DNA of 64,000 nucleotides from Pseudogymnoascus verrucosus (Eukaryota): NCBI GenBank assembly GCA_001662655.1, contig KV460275.1; one strand, 5' to 3'. Shown piece by piece: positions 58,059 to 64,000 of this stretch (position 1 is its first letter; each line of letters starts with the position of its first letter). The notes under the pieces were generated by a model. It saw only the letters and a program-made list of their open reading frames with translations, ran no database searches and was not told where the DNA came from. The position numbers and the translations under genes were made by a program.

Positions 58059-58549
58059 GACTGAGAAATATATACGGATGAATAGAAGAAATATAGAAGG
58101 AAGGAAAGTTTGTCTAAAGATATAAGAGATGGTGGATATTATAAAGGAAACACCGCAACCGTAGCCTTGCGTTGTCTGTTTGATATCACAGCGAGTGCCA
58201 AGCGCCGCGGTGTGGCTGAGGTGGCTGAGTGATGGATGGAATGAAATTCGAATATTAGACCACAACATCGTCACTTGAAGGTCAGAAAATTTGTTCACTT
58301 GATTTTATAATCGTCTTTAAGATTAAGGTTTGGTTTGGTTTTATATTATTGCGCCGTTCTAGATGCAAGGATTGTGATGTCTATCCGGTTGGAAAAAGTA
58401 GTTGAACGCCCTGATTGTTACTTTTAAGACCAATCTCGCCCTACCACCTCAATCACTTCTCGAGAATGAGCCTCTTGTGTTTGGAAGGTATATCTTGCCG
58501 CATCTGTATCATGGGTTCGCCGTTTTGCAATGAATTTCCGTAGTATACT

Positions 58550-59911
58550 TCACCCCAGGTACTCGACAAACTCCTCCCACTGTGCGTCTTTCCTCAGGGC
58601 CTCATGATCTTGATCTGATAGCGAAATGATCAAATCAACGTCGCCTTCTCTCGTCAGTGGCATCATATAGGCCAGCGATAGCGCATCTGGCAACTTCGGC
58701 CTCCTTACGAAATCGGGCTTCCCCAGAACGTCCCCAAAGTTGGTGTCGTAGAGTTTCTGGGATACCCAGCTCGTAAGAATGATGTCCGTCTCCGCTTTCA
58801 TGCTCGCGCCGTAGTTGATCGTGGTTTTGTCCTTCTCGGTCCGTAGAATATGAAAGAATGATCGCATAGCATGGTCGTCGATTTGACTCAAGCCCTGGCG
58901 GAGCTTGATTGCCATCGCGGAGAGACTCTCGTTCAGGGCCTCGTCAAGGGTCACCTGGACGAGACTGCACATAACGGCGTGGCCCATATACCCTTCATGA
59001 ATGGGAGTATCGAGCTTCTGGCGTCCGTTCACAGCACGCAGCACCATTGTTTTGCTGTCTTTTGGGAGATGTGTTGAGCGAGCAGCCGCAGTTCGAAGCC
59101 AGATGAATGTCGAAATAGCATCATTGCTTGATACGTACTTGACGTCGGAGTCCGGAGAGCACAGCTTCATTGCCTCGGTTTTCAATGCAGAGATGCTAGC
59201 ACGAGGGAAGCGAAAGGTCCTCCAGGTTCCCGTTGATGGCGGAGGGGGCCATGATGGTTCTTCTGCGCCTAATTGAGAGGGATATCTGATCCACTCCATA
59301 GGGAGAGGTTCCTCTCCAGGTTTGAGTGGAGGGATAATAGTATCTGCATCGATATTTCCCCAACGGACGTACTCCTCTGCAAGCTTCTCTCCGCGACAAA
59401 GGCTGCCGAACTGGCTAATGAATTGATCATTGCCATTTGCATCCATCACACCGTGGAAGGTACAGATCGTCAGAAGTAGGCCGCCTTTAACGAGGTTTGC
59501 CTGCATAATGCAAACGGGCTTGACCACATGGCGGGGATAGCTGTTGACAAATCCATATGCCGGAGAGAGGATACTTCCATCTAGCATTGATGAAGGAGCC
59601 CGAGCTTCAACCAGATCTGCGTAGGCCGGGCAATTGTCGGTACAGTCTTTGACATGCACGAACCTGGATTTTGTTTCATGCAGTTCGTACCCGACAACCT
59701 TGTAGGTGCCTGAACTGCCATCTCCAAAGCCTTCAATGACAACTTGACCAGCAAGCCATGGATATGCTTGAATTATTTCTCCCGCTGCCTTCTCAAGGGT
59801 GGAAATTGCAGCCGCTTCCTGCGATTTTTTCTCGATGGAAAAGCCCAGGGTCACCAGTGTATATGTCGGGGTTATCTGACCCAGAGGGCCGAGGCTCTTT
59901 TCAGTGCCCAT
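58550..59911 (-). CDS. Trichothecene 3-O-acetyltransferase-like (Tri101/Ayt1) CoA-dependent O-acyltransferase
   Basis: PWLAGQV, QANL..GGLLL, HGVMD (HxxxD), S.NDA.S.F.W, NFG..LGKP.FVRRP (DFGWG-like), W..F..Y.G terminus. Start taken at MGTEK. Confidence 0.88.
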   Translation of the reverse strand: MGTEKSLGPLGQITPTYTLVTLGFSIEKKSQEAAAISTLEKAAGEIIQAYPWLAGQVVIEGFGDGSSGTYKVVGYELHETKSRFVHVKDCTDNCPAYADLVEARAPSSMLDGSILSPAYGFVNSYPRHVVKPVCIMQANLVKGGLLLTICTFHGVMDANGNDQFISQFGSLCRGEKLAEEYVRWGNIDADTIIPPLKPGEEPLPMEWIRYPSQLGAEEPSWPPPPSTGTWRTFRFPRASISALKTEAMKLCSPDSDVKYVSSNDAISTFIWLRTAAARSTHLPKDSKTMVLRAVNGRQKLDTPIHEGYMGHAVMCSLVQVTLDEALNESLSAMAIKLRQGLSQIDDHAMRSFFHILRTEKDKTTINYGASMKAETDIILTSWVSQKLYDTNFGDVLGKPDFVRRPKLPDALSLAYMMPLTREGDVDLIISLSDQDHEALRKDAQWEEFVEYLG

Positions 59912-60811
59912 AGTTACGCGCATGGAAAACAATGTCCAGTTGGGTTCGAAGTGAAGGGAAGTGAGGTTGAGTTGTGAAATAGGCTTGAGAAAGGAAAGAG
60001 AAAAGAGAAGAAGCGAGAGGAAAGAAGGAAGAGATACGAGACACGAAAAGAAAGAATTGATTGCATTTGTATAAGTGCGCGATAGTGTAAAGTAATTTGG
60101 AATTTGGAATTTGGAATTTGCTCGTATACAGATTTGTAAGTTTACGTGTGGGGAAGGAGGGGGAAGGAGCCGTTGAGTTGTAACGGCGGTGAGCTCTGTT
60201 GATCGTCTCGGTTAAAGTGGGAAGGAACACACCACGACTAAATCCTCAATGACTACTACAATGGAAGGTGAATAGAATAGATGTAGATGTAGATGTAGAA
60301 TAGATACTCCCTGATATAAATATAAATATAATTGTATAGACTCATCTCTACTACTTGTGTGTGCTAATCACAAATTCAATGATGTGAATTGGTTCGCATA
60401 ATTAAACGTAGTAGAATTATGCACTTTAAATTAATATTAAAATAAAAATATCCTCTAAAACATGATATAAGTGATTAATCAAACAATTATCTCATACTAA
60501 CTACTGTAAACTTTATTTTACTCTTGATTTATATCAACACTCTAAGCAGCAGCAACATTTTAGTGCTGCTCTTAGTCCTAAGGGGACCATCGTATTAGTA
60601 AATCCCATTGCAAGACCTTTCTTTGCCCTTTAGTCTCATTTTGAGCCGAACTTGTCTTATTGTCTGCGTATATTCCATCTTATATCCTATATCCTATATA
60701 GTAAATGTAAATTTTCGATTTATGCATGAAGTAGGAAGGAGCGAAGGGCAGTTTTTATCGGTTTGGCAGGGAAAGAGCAGACGAGGTTGATCGATAAAGA
60801 TGGCAGTGGTA

Positions 60812-60848
60812 TGATAGTGGAGTGATAGCGGAGTGATAGCGGAGTGAT
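60812..60848. repeat. 11-bp tandem repeat (GGAGTGATAGC), about 3 copies
   Basis: TGATAGTGGAG TGATAGCGGAG TGATAGCGGAG TGAT read directly. Confidence 0.8.
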
Positions 60849-61235
60849 GGTGTGGTGTGGGGCGATTTAGTGATCGCGGAAGGCCCGTGCCTGGAACCTT
60901 GCTGCCTGGGCCCTTGCTGCCAATCTTACATCATGACGACAGACGAGATTTATAGATATATATAGAATATCAACATAAAAAACGCTGTAAAATAAACAGC
61001 CCTTCTAGCTATTACTTTGGAAAACAAGAAGCATTATACAGCTATAATGTTTTGTATTGTTTAATTTTAAAATTTCATTTTCTTACTTCTCGACGGCTTA
61101 AATTTCCTCCGCCCATCTTGGCATGACGGCTTCCCATTTCCTTCATTTCGTTGATGAAGCGCCTCCTGACTTCCTGGGGATCAATCACTAACACCAATAT
61201 TCTGCTGCTGTTTAGCAGCATCATTTGAACACGCG

Positions 61236-62660
61236 ATGAACTCGCCATTAGCTATCCTGAAGTTCCTCGTTCTTAAAACACCATTTATCCTGAAAACTGC
61301 ACTGTTCCACGTCTTCTCGCTGTCACCAACTGCCTCAAAATGGGACCTCCGCACCGCCTTTGTCGTTAACATCATTCGTGAGATGTTGACTAACTCCCCT
61401 CCATCGACAATATCCAAGCAGCAAGAGGGTACGCTGAGGGACCCCGGAATCAAAGGCAAGATGTGGGTCAGCAAAGTCGCCATGCCAGCCCCGTCGGAAG
61501 ATGCGCTGCTGGATCTGTTGGTCAGCACAATCGACGCGCTCAAGCAGGAGGATGAGTCGTACTCTAGGCCGGCTCTTGTGCCAGTCGAGGCAGAATGGAC
61601 AGGTTACCGTGCAGACGTCGCAGATAACGCACCCGAGCCATCAATTTCAGAAGCCGAGAAGTACGAGAACATGATGAAGGAGGTCACCACCGATGTCACT
61701 TTACTCTACTTCCACGGCGGATCACTCTATCTGATGGATCCCTGCACGCAAAGATCAGCAGTATCGAAATACAGCAAAATCACGGGAGGCCGAGTGCTCT
61801 CTGTGCGCTACCGCCTTGCTCCACAGAACCCCTTCCCGGCCGCACTACTCGATGCATTCGTCATCTATCTATCCCTTCTCTACCCACCAGCCAGTGCGCT
61901 CCACAAGCCGGTTCCGGCATCCCAAATAGTCTTTGCGGGTGACTCCGCAGGCGGAAACATCTCCGTTGTCCTTCTCCAGACCCTCCTCCAGATCCACCGC
62001 ACCGCGCCTACCGGAACCGTCCCCACCGTTCTCTTCCACGGCAAAGAGGTTGAAATACCCCTTCCCGCCGGCCTTGCGCTCAGTTCCCCCTCTCTTGACC
62101 TCACGCGCTCCATGCCATCGACACAAACAAACGCAATATACGACTATCTCCCCCCACCAACAGTCGCACTCACCAAATCACCCCCCTGCGCCATCTGGCC
62201 CGCCAATCCACCCCGTGCCTACCTCTATTGCGAGGGAAGCATGCTATGCCACCCTCTCGTGTCCCCTCTCTCTGGGGAATCCTGGGCAGGCGCACCGCCA
62301 ATATTCGTCGTTAGCGGCGAGGAGATGCTGGCGGATGAGGGGAAGGCGTTTGTGCAGAAGGCTGCGGCGCAGGGAGTTACAGTGGTCTGGGAGCAGTATG
62401 AGGCGATGCCGCATTGCTTCTCGTTGCTTTTGGAGGGCAACCCGGTGGGTGCGATGAGTTTCGATTCTTGGGCTGAATTTGTGAAGATGGCAGTGCAAAA
62501 CCCGGCGGAGATTATGACGAAGGCGGATTTTATCACGGCGAAAGCTTTGGTTAGGCAGCCAGTGGATATTGGCAAATTAATGGAGATGAGTGATGAGGTT
62601 ATCCTGGGGCGTATGAGGAAGTCGAGGCAGGAGATAATTGAGCGCGCTGCCACGAATTAA
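61236..62660 (+). CDS. HSL-family alpha/beta hydrolase (Say1-like acetyl-hydrolase/esterase)
   Basis: YFHGG oxyanion motif, YRLAPQNPFPAAL.D, GDSAGG nucleophile elbow, EML.DE, MPHCF. Confidence 0.92.
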   Translation: MNSPLAILKFLVLKTPFILKTALFHVFSLSPTASKWDLRTAFVVNIIREMLTNSPPSTISKQQEGTLRDPGIKGKMWVSKVAMPAPSEDALLDLLVSTIDALKQEDESYSRPALVPVEAEWTGYRADVADNAPEPSISEAEKYENMMKEVTTDVTLLYFHGGSLYLMDPCTQRSAVSKYSKITGGRVLSVRYRLAPQNPFPAALLDAFVIYLSLLYPPASALHKPVPASQIVFAGDSAGGNISVVLLQTLLQIHRTAPTGTVPTVLFHGKEVEIPLPAGLALSSPSLDLTRSMPSTQTNAIYDYLPPPTVALTKSPPCAIWPANPPRAYLYCEGSMLCHPLVSPLSGESWAGAPPIFVVSGEEMLADEGKAFVQKAAAQGVTVVWEQYEAMPHCFSLLLEGNPVGAMSFDSWAEFVKMAVQNPAEIMTKADFITAKALVRQPVDIGKLMEMSDEVILGRMRKSRQEIIERAATN

Positions 62661-63837
62661 TGAAGTGGCATAGGTCTCAATTATATGTATAACTCTCTCT
62701 CTACTATTTGTTGTACTTTATTATACCCATTAGCTTTGCCTAAACTTTATTATCGACGCAGATGTGTTGAGATTGACACAAGGCTTTGTGCAAGACACAT
62801 CAAATGTATTGCGCATAAATGATTTACATCAAGGAGGATACAATTTGATTCTATGAAAACGTTAATAAATAAATTCTAAAAGTAATGTAGTTGGGGTTAA
62901 TGGTGCCAATCTCGACCACAAGCGGATGATCAGGCACAAGTGCCATCAATGGGATATCGACAGCGCTCTCACCTCTCGCGGTTGCAGTAAGAGTGGTATC
63001 TCTGAATCAGTTCTGACACGGGGCAGTGCAACACAACTAAATATTATACAGATCTCGCCATTATCACGCAGACACTACGTTATGACATGGGGTTTGAGAA
63101 CGCATCTCCACTGCCTCGACATTGGGTATCTGCTTGTGATTTTCACATTCCTTCAAATCTAGCCTAATGCGAAGTAACGCATCGATTTCTGCAACACAAG
63201 GTAGGGTATTAGCTCGCCTCAGCCACTGTCAAAGTCTTCAACTTTTGATCAACTGTTTGATCAACTGTCGAAGTCTTCTCTAACTGCTGACTCTTTTCTT
63301 TCTTTGCCTTCTTCGCCGCTTTCTTTGCAGCAGCCTTCTCGACCTCAAGACGCCTCTGCTCCTTTGCAGCGCTTCCGCCATATACCTCTTGCCACTCCTC
63401 TACCTTTGCCGTGGGGATAACCGTGAATAGCGGAAATGCGGCGTTGCGTTAAGAGTACGGAAGTGCACTGAGGATCAATTTGTTGGGCTCTCCTGGTACT
63501 GGCAGGACCGGAATGGTTCGGCTCGCCATTTTGAGTTGTGTGTGGTGAAGATGTCGTGGTAAAGGCCAAAAAGGTCGACACCGAGAGCGAGAATGGTACA
63601 AAACGACGTGGGGTTGGGTGACTCAGTTGAGCCTTGAAGCGCGGGGTGGAGGGAGGGGCAGCCGCCTGCGGGGGGAGGGGGGTGACGGGGGTTAGTTTTT
63701 CCGCTCCATTTGCTGGTCATTTGCCGCCCCATTTGCACCTGCCACCACCACGACATCCTCCACATCCTCCATCCTTTCCCCGTGTCTAGGCGCGACGTGC
63801 GCGTAGCGGCAAGGGGCGGATATGGTTCGGTGTAGGA

Positions 63838-63960
63838 TAGATCAGGCGTAGATCCGGCGTAGATCCGGCGTAGGTCCGACGTAGATCATCTGGCGGCAAT
63901 ACTGTAGTAGGCGCCTTTTCGGAGTTCGGGGCAGTGGGTAGTGTAGTGGTAGTGTAGTGG
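63838..63960. repeat. Short tandem repeats: (TAGATCCGGCG)n and (GTAGTGTAGTG)n
   Basis: About four 11-bp units at 63838-63887 and a GTAGT-based repeat at 63938-63960. Confidence 0.75.
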
Positions 63961-64000
63961 GGTAAGCGACTAGAGCAAGGTTGACCGACAAATGAGTTAC

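Noticed and set aside
58059..58298. 80-aa N-terminal extension of the oxygenase given by the ORF track
   Set aside because: It starts at a non-ATG codon and crosses AT-rich promoter-like sequence. MGSLD at 58058 is the more plausible start.
58550..59911. Treating the Tri101-like gene as evidence for trichothecene biosynthesis
   Set aside because: The family is widespread in non-producers, and no trichodiene synthase or P450 is present in the window.

Overview
Gene-dense DNA from a filamentous ascomycete (Pezizomycotina): short GT-AG introns with CTAAC/CTGAC branch points, Zn2Cys6 regulators, CCH1 and HIR3. About 22 genes are supportable, plus at least one pseudogene. In order: the probable end of a DNA transposon (1-244); a four-gene catabolic cluster of MFS permease, Zn2Cys6 regulator, class II aldolase-fold protein and amidase; an accessory tract with an ADP-ribosyltransferase-like protein, a repeat protein, a 1700-aa intronless orphan, an SDR pseudogene, a second Zn2Cys6 regulator, GNAT, TauD, cupin and MDR reductase; a conserved core of CCH1, a PHD-finger gene and HIR3; then a GH5 endoglucanase and an oxygenase, acetyltransferase and esterase trio. 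The standout is an intronless five-module ORF (28451-31069): 2H phosphoesterase, TPR, Cys-based phosphatase, P-loop kinase and ATP-dependent RNA ligase, with all recognisable catalytic motifs intact. It looks like a self-contained RNA end-healing and sealing enzyme that differs from Trl1. All calls come from motif reading by eye; no database searches were run.
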